Assembly (NCBI GenBank): GCA_051294905.1
Contig: CM119384.1
Coordinates: 24,242,001-24,306,000 of the forward strand
Length of the DNA stretch: 64,000 nt
DNA from: Botryllus schlosseri
Lineage: Eukaryota
Direction of reading: 5' to 3'
A program made the position numbers and the translations under genes. Positions 11,561-22,752 of the stretch are shown here, piece by piece; position 1 is the first letter of the stretch; each line of letters starts with the position of its first letter. The notes beneath the pieces are model-generated. The model searched no databases. It worked only from the letters and a program-made list of their open reading frames with translations, and had not been told where the DNA came from.

Positions 11561-11867
11561 GATCGATCGCTCGCTCACTCACACGCGCCACGGGTGGTGC
11601 GCCGCCTCGCCTTGATTGCTCAGCGGGTGTCTGTCACCGTTATTGCTTGCAAACGACTTGCTGCGGATTGGTGAGCTGCAGCTGCGGCGAACGACATACA
11701 CAAAACACTACACGGCATCCTTAATTTGTCAATTAAAATTTGTGAGCGCTCTCGGCACGAAAGTAACATTTTTAAACTTTTTAAATTTCATACACGGAAA
11801 CGTAACTCACCCACAATTTTAACTCTAGTGATGATGATGTTTGATGTATACTCCGACACGTCGGAGC

Positions 11868-12020
11868 GTGCAGGCCAAACTTGGAGGTACTGCAATACCA
11901 AGATGACCCACGGCAGAGGCGCAGCAAGCCGCAAACACTCCACCAACGCTGCAAAAATCAAATTAATACACAGAGGGGGTCGATGACCCCCGTTACAGGT
12001 ATTAACCTATAAAGAACAGA
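11868..12020 (-). ncRNA. U2: U2 snRNA gene, 3' portion (from TCTGTTCTT to the 3' end)
   Basis: TCTGTTCTT; SL IIa ATAGGT-TAAT-ACCTGT; IIb GGGGTC-ATC-GACCCC; Sm site GATTTTTG; SL III with CTTG loop; SL IV CTTGG-TATTGCAGTACCT-CCAAG. Confidence 0.93.
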
Positions 12021-15000
12021 TTTTTTTGTTTGTAATATTTTATTTCAGCAACATTCATGAAAAGAAATATGCACGTTGAAATAAATATAGTCGCGACTTC
12101 GGTCACCTTATACATATGCAATACATATATATAGAACAATACCCGCCATTTACGGTGGCGGGGAAAAAGATTTTATTTTACAAAAAATAAATGGCGAAAA
12201 ATCACAAAATGAAAATGCGATATTATTATAAGGGCCAGAGAAGACATGGCCAGTTCGCCCGGGGACAAGGGACACTAACACAGACAAAGGCCTCCACCAA
12301 AAACACACAATATATGTGGTGGAGGCCGACAAACAGCATAAAAATAAAGGGGCGAACTGGCGAGGTCCGACTGCAGGCATTATCATAATATTTGTGGTGG
12401 TGGAAGTCGAAAAATAAAATTAGTCGTCATGAAGTGGGGGAACTCCTCCCCTTAGCATTTGGAACCGCACGGGAACTACAATCAAAACTAAACAACACAG
12501 GGGTCCACTTATGTTAATTTGGGGAGGAGTTCCGTGAATCAATCCAGTGTCCAGTTGCCTGCAGTCGAACCCCGTGATGGCTAGCGGGCTAAGCTAATAA
12601 CCAAAAACACAAAACACATAACAAATAAAAAGCACGTGAAGGGGGGGGGGATCAAGTCCTCTCGTGGTCCCGCACACTACACCAAGCCTTCCAGACACGA
12701 TGAGAGCCGCGCTGAGAAGCGACCACGGCTCGCTCGGAGACCAGTCTGGACCCGAAGACCGAAACACCCATCGCACGTAAGGTGGTCAGGTTCCCGGGGT
12801 GGTAACTCCCCAGGGACCCGACCGCGAACGTGTGCATCTCCACCACCTTGGCCGTGGCAACGCGGAGAGACTCACAGAGGTCCTTGTACTTTGCGTGTTT
12901 CAGTGCGACGGCAGCGTCCATACTGGCTACCCCATTCTCGAAGGGGCACACCACATCGATGACTAAGACCCGGCGACGATCCGCTAGGATGAGGTCGGGC
13001 CTCAGCCGCCTGTTGGCTAATGTGGCGTGCTCCTCGCAAACGCGGTCCACATCACATCTGAAAAAGGAAGAAGAGCTTGGAATACAATCCAGGAGCACCC
13101 CAAGTACCGAATTGTGCCTGTTCGTGATGCTATCCATCACTGGCAGGCAGTGGTTCAGTACGTGGGGCAGGGTCTCGGTATGCTGTCCGCACTTGCAGCA
13201 GACCTCACTTGGCTCCACACGTTTTCTAAACCGACCCCGGATCGACCGGAGCGGCAGAAGATTCAGTCGAGCTTTAAGCATCCAGCTACGCTCGACTGCC
13301 GTCAGGACGTTGGAAGACCGGAGGAAGCGATTGGAGCTCCCGTACCGGCTGTGGCACTCCACAGTTTTACCCTGGTCGGGAAGCTCCATCCACCGTGTCT
13401 TCCAACGCTGGTTCACCTTCAGGTGAAGGAATTTGGTTAAACGACCCAAATCCTGACAGCAGTCGGCGCCTAGAGCCAACTGGTAGAGCCCGTCTTCGGT
13501 CACGAACCAGCGAGCACCGAGACGCCTAGCAACGGGTCGGACCTCGGTCCAAAGCCCGTAGGCGTCTCCGTACGCCCTGGAATCGTGCCCTGTTAAACTC
13601 GACTGTCAGGGTCTCCGACGCCTCTGGGACTCGGCAAGTCCTCCGGACGACCAGCGCCAACCTTCCACGCGCAACCGCCCGCACAGAGGGGTCAGTGGAA
13701 TTGACCATTTTGGCGGCCTGGGAAAGCCTCAACACATCTGCTTCGCAGCAGAGGTTGGGAATCCCCAGACCGCCAGTCGTCAGCCCAGCATGGAAAAAGG
13801 GCTGACACGCTCTGTTAGGGAGGCGGAATTCCGCCTTCACCAACGTGCGGATACGCGCATCCAGGCGACGCAGATCGCTTCGGTAGAACTTGCGGATTCT
13901 CAACTGAAAAAGGATTCTTGGAATAACAAACCTCTTCAGTGCGAGCAGCTTCTGAAATGAGGTGAGATGTGACAGAAAAAGTCTGTCACAATAGGCCTCG
14001 AAAGTTTTAAGGGCCTTCTCACCTTTCTCGGTTGCCTGGTAACCCATGTTCTTGCCCAGGTATCGCCAGAAAGAGTCACGATCGAGGACCCGGACCTCGC
14101 CACCATCAAGGCAGAACGGGGCCGAGTCCACGATCGATCGGCTTCCCTTGAACCCCAAGGCAAGAACACGACACTTGGTGGGCTTGAACTTCATACCAGA
14201 CCACCGAGAAAATTCATCGCACAGATCTAATTGTGCTTGAAGCTGGACGCGAGACGAAGCACACAGACAGGTGTCATCTGCGTAACCCTGAACTCTGACA
14301 GTGACGCCATCCGCTGCAGAAAACCGATAACCGCTGCTTTGAAGCCCAGCAACGCCACGCAGGAGAACCTCCATGACCAGGTTGAAGGTGATGGCCGATA
14401 AAGGGCATCCTTGACGGACACCCTTCCCCGCTGGAATGGGGTCTGTCGGACCAGAGCTGGTCGCGACTGCAAACACGTTAGACGCGTAGATATCGGTCAT
14501 CACCTCCACCAGGTACTCCGGGGCGTTAAAGTGCTTCAGGACCTCAATCACGGATCCATGCCGAACGGTACCGAACGCATTGCGGATGTCAAGCCAGGCA
14601 AGATAAATATCCTGCCTTGACGACTTGGCATCCGCAAGCAAGGACTCAAGCATGAACACGTGCTCGAAGACCCCCTCTCGCGGAACAAACCCCTTTTGTT
14701 CCATGGAGATAACATCTCCATCGGATGCCCAGCTCTGAAGACGACGAGCGATTACGGACGCGTAGATCTTGTACAGCGTCCTGGATAGCGCGATGGGTCT
14801 CCAGTTGCCGACGTCTTGCATGTCGCCGTCGCGGTCCTTTGGAATCAGGATTACCCGCGACGAGCGCCATACAAGTGGAATACGTCGACAACGCCTACAG
14901 ACTTCGAAAAGCTCAGAGAGGATTTCTCCCTTGGGGTCTAAGCGTTTCCAAAATCCATAGGTGAGACCATCGGAGCCTGGCGAACTACTGGTGTTTAGAG

Positions 15001-18000
15001 TCGCCAGAACTCCTGCTACCTCTGATGGAGTAATCGAATCGTCGTCAACAGCAGAAGCCAGGTTGCCCTGGTAACTGTGCTGAGTCATCCAGCGAGGAAA
15101 AGCAGCAATATTATCAGTGACGTCAGCGGCGGCGTCAGCACGAAATTTCCGCTCGATTACGTCGGCAGGAATTTCGCACCGTTTACTGCCAGAATCATCC
15201 TCGATGATCCGTCTGACCGTTTCCTTCTGATTGCGCCAGAAAGCGGACCGAAGATGTTGGGCTACCCCAGGTCGACACTCGCGCTGGCCATTCAATTGAT
15301 TGACCTTCGCACGGCGTTGTGCTTCGCGCGAGTATCGGTTCCTAGGGCGTTTACGGCCGGGAGGGCGGCTGCAATCAGAGGCACGGACAGTCCAGAGCTC
15401 CAGCTCACGTTCAAGGTGCCCGAAAGCCTCGGTGTTATGAGGACATTCTGACACCAAGTCCGCAAGCTCCGAGCGCAACTCGCGCAGATCGACTTGTGCA
15501 CGAGGTGCGCTCGGTTCGGGGGAAGGCACGTCGACTTCTATTTGGTCGCGTGCATTTACCGAAGGAGACAATCTCGTCGGGCTTTCACAGCCGCCGACAG
15601 CTCCGGTAACTTCGGAGCGTTCGACCGCTGTTCCAGCCGTCACAGAACGTGTCTCGTCCGCAAGTGGGCGCGAGGGAGACACGCTCTGACCGACGGGAGG
15701 CGAGTCTACGATGTTCGGACTCGATCCCGCCGACGATATCTGTTTCAGATCATCGCGTGTGGTGGGGAAGGGACTTCCCCGGTCCAACCTGGCAAGGAGC
15801 TCTTGAGTAGAGCTCGGGCTGCCAGGCAAAGGTGCTTTAAACAATTCCGAAAGCGATGGAATGGGGCTTGGTGAAGAGACAGGGGTCAAACGGCTCTTCA
15901 CTAACGATTGGGGTGGGGAGGGAGTAAACTCCCTTGGGGGGGAAACCACAATTTTTGGGGGTGTGGTACGTCGGCCTAGGGACTGTCTGCTATCCCCGGC
16001 AGTCCGAAGCCAGGCACGGGCGGCAGGTAAGGCCCCAGTGACTGGCCTACGGACCGGGAATCGGCTAATAAGAATTGGGGAAGGGGTTCGGGGCGCAGAG
16101 GAATTTGATGACGTCACGACTGTTGGCGAGTCGCGCGGCCCAAAGGATGTATTAGAAGACGTGGAGCTATCACTACGAGAAGAGGGATAGAATCTCATGG
16201 ACTTTATTTTATTTTTTGATTTTTTACAAGAATCGACAGAGCGTCGAGATTTATTCGAAATCCGTGACCAGGGCCTAGATGACACGGTTACCAAGGAGGT
16301 GGTATCCGACGAGAACGAAAGATTGGCCACGGATAAGGAGGGATCCGGTATAGTACCGGGAAAGGAAGTACAAGAGCTTTCCGCTGCGTCAACGGCAAAG
16401 GGGACTAAAGAACGCGAAGAAATAGGGGAGATCGCGTCGACTCGCGAAACAGTCGTGGACGTGGCTGGGGATGAGTTACCGGATGCGGACACAGCTCCCC
16501 GTAGGCGGCAGGCGGACCAATGGTTCTTGGCAGCGATCATATCAGGCTGCGCAAGAATTGTCCATTGGTCACATCTGCCGCACACGACATCATAATTTAT
16601 CAAGTTTTTTGTGATGTCGTGCTTGCTACAAATGTGCTTCTGAAGTGAAGCCAACAATTTGTACGGGGAGCCCTGCTTATCGCAACCGGTAACTGGGCAA
16701 GGATACAAAGTATCCTTGCCGTTATATTTAACAGGTACAGTCAATAATATTTCCAAGGGGATACCAGTTTGCTTAAAAGCCGAGTCCAAGGGGATAGCAA
16801 ACTCGGGGTGACAGGACTTAAAATGCTCCTTCGCTTTCGAAACCAGGTTAAAGCACTTTCCACAAGGCGGACAGGCATACCAACTATGTTGTCGCATGCC
16901 CTTGCACCGCTTATAGTGACAGGTCATATTGTGATCCGAATCCGAAAAAAAAAACGACATTTCATGCACTGCATATGAAACCTGTCACGGCGGTGCGAAA
17001 AAGCCAAATGATCCGTTAATTCAACAGATACCGAGAACGACAAACCACAATTTCGTTTTGGACATGCGACAACATCGCTCGTTCCTGGACCGTGGTACGG
17101 AACAACGAGAGGGCTTGAGTTTCCACTAGCCATCGAAGAAAATGCGGAGTCTAGGCCTAAAGGTGACCGAGTCGCGACCTATTACAACGAATATAAATAT
17201 AACTAGGATCAAATCTCGCACACAATTAAACGTAACGAAATGAGAATTGGAACAATAACTGGAAGCAAAGACTAAGCGGCCTGCACCAGCGTTCGCTATT
17301 AGATGGGATAGGAAAGGCGACAAAATGAACGAATAGTAACAGACAATTAAAGGGACAATACAAAGGTTAACCAAGGGGTCGAAAAGGAATAGCGAACGCG
17401 TTAGGATACAGGCCAGACGTAATTGTGTACCCACGCCGGACTTAATTACCCCCGCGTCAGCAGCGCTACTGCTACGCCCTACACGTATGTTAACGCGAAC
17501 GGTAAAATACGAATTTACCTTACGAATGCGCGTTAACACCCGGGTTTTCCTCGCCTTTGCAGATCGACGGCTCTCTGTTGATACTGATGTTATGTCCAAA
17601 CGATTCGCCGTCGATCTTCGGCCGTCCTTTTGAAGCGGTATTGATGTTATTCCGCTCCTGATCTTCTTTAGGACGGCGTGGCAGTTCTTCTCGCTGCTTT
17701 GTGCTTGATTTGCAGCGAGGCGGCGAGGAATCCCGACGTGTAGGGCCTCGACCAGAGTTGCACACGGCAACCTTTCTGCTATAGTCGAACAGTTAAGGCA
17801 AGCGATCCAAGATCACTCCGGTGGTTGAACGACGCGTTCAAATCACACCGTACCGTGGCAAAAGCAACGGAATTGATAGGCTTCTTCGTTGCTTATTCCT
17901 TGTTGCAGCGTAGACGGCTACGCCTTAGTTGAGCAACAAGGAATCTCTGGCCGGCGTTGGAATTGTAGCTCCGGAATAACTAACCTTTCCGGAGAGTCCA

Positions 18001-18149
18001 ACGTTTGTAGCAGAAGATGGTGGTGAATGACCGGCGGCAGAGGCGCGGCAAGCGGCTGCTGAGACGGAGGCGGTCGAGAAATCTTCTTCTGGAGTTCATT
18101 GGTCCGGCGTGGGCAGCGTCTTCGGTTGTCGAACGTAGGAGTCGGCGAG
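12021..18149 (-). mobile_element. Utopia/NeSL-type RLE non-LTR retrotransposon, full length, inserted in U2
   Basis: A7 tail abuts U2 TCTGTTCTT; 5' end abuts the U2 5' fragment; ZF-RT-CCHC-RLE ORF. Confidence 0.93.
12652..17133 (-). pseudogene. Utopia ORF: N-terminal Zn fingers, RT, CCHC knuckle, restriction-like endonuclease; frameshifts at ~16950 and ~13595
   Basis: SSPGSDGL, NWRPIAL, WLDIRNAFG, GVRQGCPLS, YADD; CCKCGQHTETLPHVLNHC, RHN, RPDL, IDVVCPFE, KY, VGSLGS. Confidence 0.93.
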
Positions 18150-18182
18150 ACTTGATCTTAGCCATAAAGGCCGAGAAGCAAT
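18150..18182 (-). ncRNA. U2: U2 snRNA 5' end (33 nt)
   Basis: ATTGCTTCTCGGCCTTTATGGCTAAGATCAAGT; the following GTAGTA is absent. Confidence 0.93.
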
Positions 18183-18343
18183 GGGGAGGAAGGGCCCTTG
18201 ACACTGATATTGAGTGATTTGACAATAATTTTTCACCCGATTTCGTTAATCGGAAATTTTTCGCGATCGAAAATTATCGACGACCTGGTCACCGTAAATA
18301 CTATTTTATTCAAATCCAAATTTTTTTTACCGCAATAACTTAA

Positions 18344-18363
18344 GGTTAGGGTTAGGGTTAGGG
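18344..18363 (+). repeat. Interstitial telomeric-type repeat GG(TTAGGG)3
   Basis: ggttagggttagggttaggg read directly. Confidence 0.85.
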
Positions 18364-18403
18364 TCTCGCGAACAAACGCGTCGAATACACACCTTCGGGG
18401 ACG
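18364..18403 (-). repeat. Motif M, copy 2 (inverted), ~180 bp upstream of the U2 start
   Basis: Reverse complement cgtccccgaaggtgtgtattcgacgcgtttgttcgcgaga. Confidence 0.8.
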
Positions 18404-18979
18404 GCAGTCACGCTGTCAAGAAAAGCCTGTAACACGTCTCTCCTGATCGTAGTGTGGCGTAAATCAATCACGCCGCTGGCTGTTGCCGACACGACGGAAT
18501 TGCCAACGAGGGTAAACAGCTAGAATTTATTTGTATCGGCATTTCAGAGCAATAAATGAGGGCGGAAGGCCAGCCCAGCCGTAAGAGAAAAAAAATAGGA
18601 AAATGTGTCGTAGCGCCGGGAATCGACCCTGACGTTAACCCGTATCGTAAACCCGTATCGTAGTGTATTTCACATGACAGTTGAAAAAAAACCGAGCGCA
18701 CTCGGCCGATGCTTATTTTTTTTTTTTTTATACGGCTCTCCGTAATCGCTGCCTTTCAGCGGCCCTCTCTTAGTTTAGGGTCGCCTCCGGGTCAGGATCT
18801 TGATTACACATTTTTGTTATTTTTTGGGTTTTTTTTTTTGGGTTTTCTAAATAAGGTGTTTGAAATGTTTTCGAACATAAATAAAACGGTTTCTTCTTTA
18901 TAGTTTACTCTATTTTTACTTCAGTGGTTACGGTGCATTGCTCTGCTTGCTAGTCATTGGGGGGTAGGTTTGCTTGTAC

Positions 18980-19003
18980 CTTAGTACAACCAAACCCTCC
19001 AAT
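18980..19003 (-). other. SL-like 24-mer C (ATTGGAGGGTTTGGTTGTACTAAG) in the E3 3' UTR, followed by GTACAA
   Basis: 21/24 identity to copy B; forms the 5' arm of a 48-nt hairpin (18956-19003). Confidence 0.75.
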
Positions 19004-19235
19004 GTTTGATATTGGTGTTATCAATATTCTTGTTTTATTTTCGTTTACCGGTCAGAAGCTTTCTGCCGGTCGCGAGTGGTTCAGAGGTTTTGTAGGCCCC
19101 TCCCCTCTCGCTCGAGGGCTTTTTTCCACTTTTTTTTTCCTTTTAGTTTTGGTTGGGGTTATCATTCTTTCGTTTGAGCCCCTATTTTAGGGGGTGTTAT
19201 GCCCTCTTCGTATTTGTTGTCTTGTTCACGTATTT

Positions 19236-22200
19236 TTAGGTTAAGCTGTCTATTTTGCCGAGTACCGTGCCTGTGTGTGAGTCAGCCTCGATTCGTCTGA
19301 CTCGTCTTTGAATTTTGGTGATTATCTTTTTTGTTATATTTTCGTCTGCGACTTTTCTGTTTTCTATGTCTAATGCTATTTTAAAGTTTATGATTGATTT
19401 TTTATATATAGACAGAATCGTCCAGTCTGTTTTCCTGTTTCCAATGTTATATAGGATGTTGTCGGCATTCAGCTTCCTCCCCACGATGTTTTCTAGCTGG
19501 GTTAAGATTTTTCTCGTATAATTGCATGATGTGAGAATATGTATCACATCATCATCATATCCGTTGCAGAATTTGCATCTTAGATCTAAGGTTACTCCTG
19601 TGTTGGAGTGTGTTATATTTCGGCTTCTTTTTTTATTTCCGAAGATATACGCGTTGTGTGCTGTTTTATAGTTGATGATCGATTCCTCATTTGTAATGGT
19701 TTTGTGGGTACCATATTTGGTTTGATTTATTTTATTCCAATTGATTTTATCCCCCCTTCCGGTTCTGCTTTCTGGATGGTTTTCCTTTAGGCTTTTGATT
19801 GCCTTGTATAAGGATTTATGAGTGGCGTCTTGGCACTCTTCTTCATCGAGATCTATTTTTTTCCAGATGTCGATGCTATCAGTCCAGTTTTTTGGGGTTG
19901 GGTATCTATGTGGTTCACTATTTTTGTATAGTGTGTCATTGATTCCTTTTATTTTCGTTCCAATTTCGTATATTGCGTGTTGGTGCCATAATTCCGTTGG
20001 TTCGTCAAGTTTTTTTCAGTTTTAGAATTTTTTCAATTTCACATGCTTTATTCCGCGATTCTACGTCAGGTATGTCGTAGCCTCCTTTATCTTTCTCTGC
20101 TATGAGCGTCTTTCTTCGAATAGATTCCATTTTTTGTGGATTCCATAAGAAGTTGAAGTATAGTTTTTCGACTCGTTTTTGCTGATCTTTTTGCATGGGG
20201 ATTACTCTGGCGTTATAGATGATTTGGCTTGAGGCGATCGAATTTAGAATAGTTTTTTTCCCTATCCAGGACAGTTTTCTGTGTTTGTAGGCTTGGAGTA
20301 CTCTCTTTATTTTCATAATTCTCATGTCCCATGTTTCGTTAGTTTGGTTTATTCCATAGTGTTGTCCGAGTATTTTAATGCTCGGTTTTGTAAGTTCTTG
20401 ATATCTGGTTTTTTGGGTTGGGATACTCCGTTTCGGTTTAATGTGCAAAATTTCTGTTTTTTGTGCATTGAGTTTTTGGCCCGTTGCACGTTCGCATCTT
20501 TCAAATTCCTGGAATATAAGGTCGATGTCCTTTTCACGCGTTAGGTAACAGGTCAGGTCATCCGCGTATTGCTGGATTTTCATTTTAAAGCCTCCTATTC
20601 TAAAAGCCTCGGTGTTCGGGTTTTTTTCTATAAGCCTAGCCAGGGGGTCGCTGCAGATGGCGTATAGGCTCATGCTGAGCGGACATCACTGTCGTATGCC
20701 CCTTCCCAGTTTAATTTTATTGGTCAGTGCTCCATTAACTGAGATCCTGCTGCTCGCTTCGCTGTAGATCTTTTTTATTAATTTAGTGAAGTGGGAGGGC
20801 AGGTCATATCCTGCTAAGGTCTTGTGCAGGTATTGGTGGTTGATTTTGTCAAACGCTTTCTCCTGGTCGAGGTTGACGACCAGGAGTTCCTTGTCTCTCT
20901 CTCGCGCGTATTTTATTGCAGCATGGGTATTTCTCAGCACGTCTGTTATGTCTCTTCCTTTTATGCCGCATTTCTGCGTTCCGTTAATGATGTTCGGAAG
21001 TATTGAGGTTAGTCTTGCTGATAGGATTGCAGTTAATATATTATAATCGGTATTCAGTAAGGTAATAGGCCTCCAGTTTTTTAATTCCTGGGGGCTACCT
21101 TTTTTATATACCATGGTGGTAACTCCGTCCGACCATGTTTGACATATGCCTCCAAAGAGGTATGCGTTGTTTAATACCTCCTGGAGGTCACTTTTTATCA
21201 GGTTGTAATAGGCAGCGTAAAATTCCTTGGCTAGACCATCTGGTCCGGGTGTCTTACCGTTGTCCATTTTCTGTATTATGATTTTGATTTCGTCTTCCGT
21301 TATAGGGGTTTTAAGATCTTCCCGCTGGTCGGGGGTGATCTTGATGTCTTTAACCGTGTCAAGGTATCTATTTTGTAAATCTGGGTTTGCGTTTTTTGAT
21401 TCGCTCCACAGATCTGTGTAGAATTTTTCCACCGTGTGTAGAATCTCTTCTTTGGTGGTGATTTCTGCACCGTGTTCGTTTACTTCTTTGGTGGTGATTT
21501 CTGCACCGTGTTCGTTTACTATAGAGCTGAAGATTTTGCTTTCTCTTCGCTGCTGTAGTTTTTGAAAAAAGTACCTTGTAGGTTTTTCATTTTCCTCAAT
21601 GTCTTTTATTTTGTGAAGTTGGCATTGATGCCGTATCTCTTCATCTTCGAGCCTTTTCAGTTCTTTTAGGGCGTCGATTGGGTTCTCGTCCGGGTTTTGT
21701 TCATTTTGTATGCGACTTACTTTTTCTTGAAGCGCTTTTATTTTGTTTTCGTTTGCAGCTTTCTTTTGCCAGCTATGGCTCTTAAGCTGTTTTTTCATTT
21801 CTTTTTTGAGGTGGTCCCACCATTGGTACACGTCGTTGAAGAAGCATTTCTGCTCGGTGCACTTTTGGTGGGTTTCCTCGATTTTGTTGTACAGCTCCTC
21901 ATCCTGGAGGTGTCTGGTGTCGTTTTTCCAGATGCCTTGTCCCCATTTGATGTTATTTGGTATTATGATTTGGATTTGCTGCATGAATATATGATCGGAG
22001 ATGGTGTTTAGTTTATATGTCGTACTCTTTACTCTTGCGAGGAGACGTTCCGATAGGTATATTCGATCAATTCGCCTTGATTGTAGTGCCTTCATTATGG
22101 TATATAGTTTTTTAGTTGGGTTTCGCCAACGCCATACGTCTCTTATTTTGTAGGCTTCTACAAAGTTTTTCCATATTTTGGCGGCAGGCGTCAGTTTAAA

Positions 22201-22722
22201 ATTCACGGTGTTTTTTGAATCTATCTTTTCTGTGACGATATTAAAATCTCCACAGATGATCGCACTCTCCGGGTTGTTTTTTTCTATGTGACTTATCAGG
22301 TCTTGGTAGAATTCAGTTTGGTATCTTCCAACATCGCTGGGCCCATATACATTGTATAGGGTGGCGATGTCGTTTGTGTCCTTTTCAGTTAAGCGTAGCG
22401 TCTGTGCCCTATCCCGTCGCAGTATCGAGTGGTCAATGTTGTACTTTGTTTCCAATTCCTTTTTGACGAACATTGCCGTACCTCTGTAGTAGTGTTTTTT
22501 ATTTTCTTCCTGATCAATCCAGTTTTGGCCTATGTTTATGTGATTTGAAAAGTATAATACGTCGTTTTGTTGTGCCCATGTTTCAATTTTCCTTATGTCC
22601 ATTCTGTGTGTCTCTTGGACGCATATTATGTTCCAGTTCTTTTCCTTTCTGAATAAGTTTTTCATTTTGTGCCAATGTGTTTGCATTCCATTGGCGTTCA
22701 GAGATATAGCATTGATCGCCAT
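19236..22722 (-). pseudogene. E3 ORF2 (APE + RT + Zn knuckle), frameshifted in the 3' half
   Basis: SLNANG, CVQET, GDFN, KTPGPDG, NWRPITLLN, LDQEKAFD, GIRQ, QQYADD; ORF pieces 20686-22725, 20005-20673, 19236-19547. Confidence 0.93.
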
Positions 22723-22752
22723 CAAGATTGGATAGGATAGGACACAGGGTTA

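Noticed and set aside
17126-17770. 214-aa ORF upstream of the Utopia ORF
   Set aside because: No recognisable domain (no Ulp1-type protease motifs); probably 5' UTR.
18603-18682. tRNA-like segment on the minus strand (GGGTCGATTCCC, TGTC..GACA ends, 13-bp internal duplication)
   Set aside because: The T-loop is one base short, and there is no credible D-arm or anticodon arm; at most a SINE relic.
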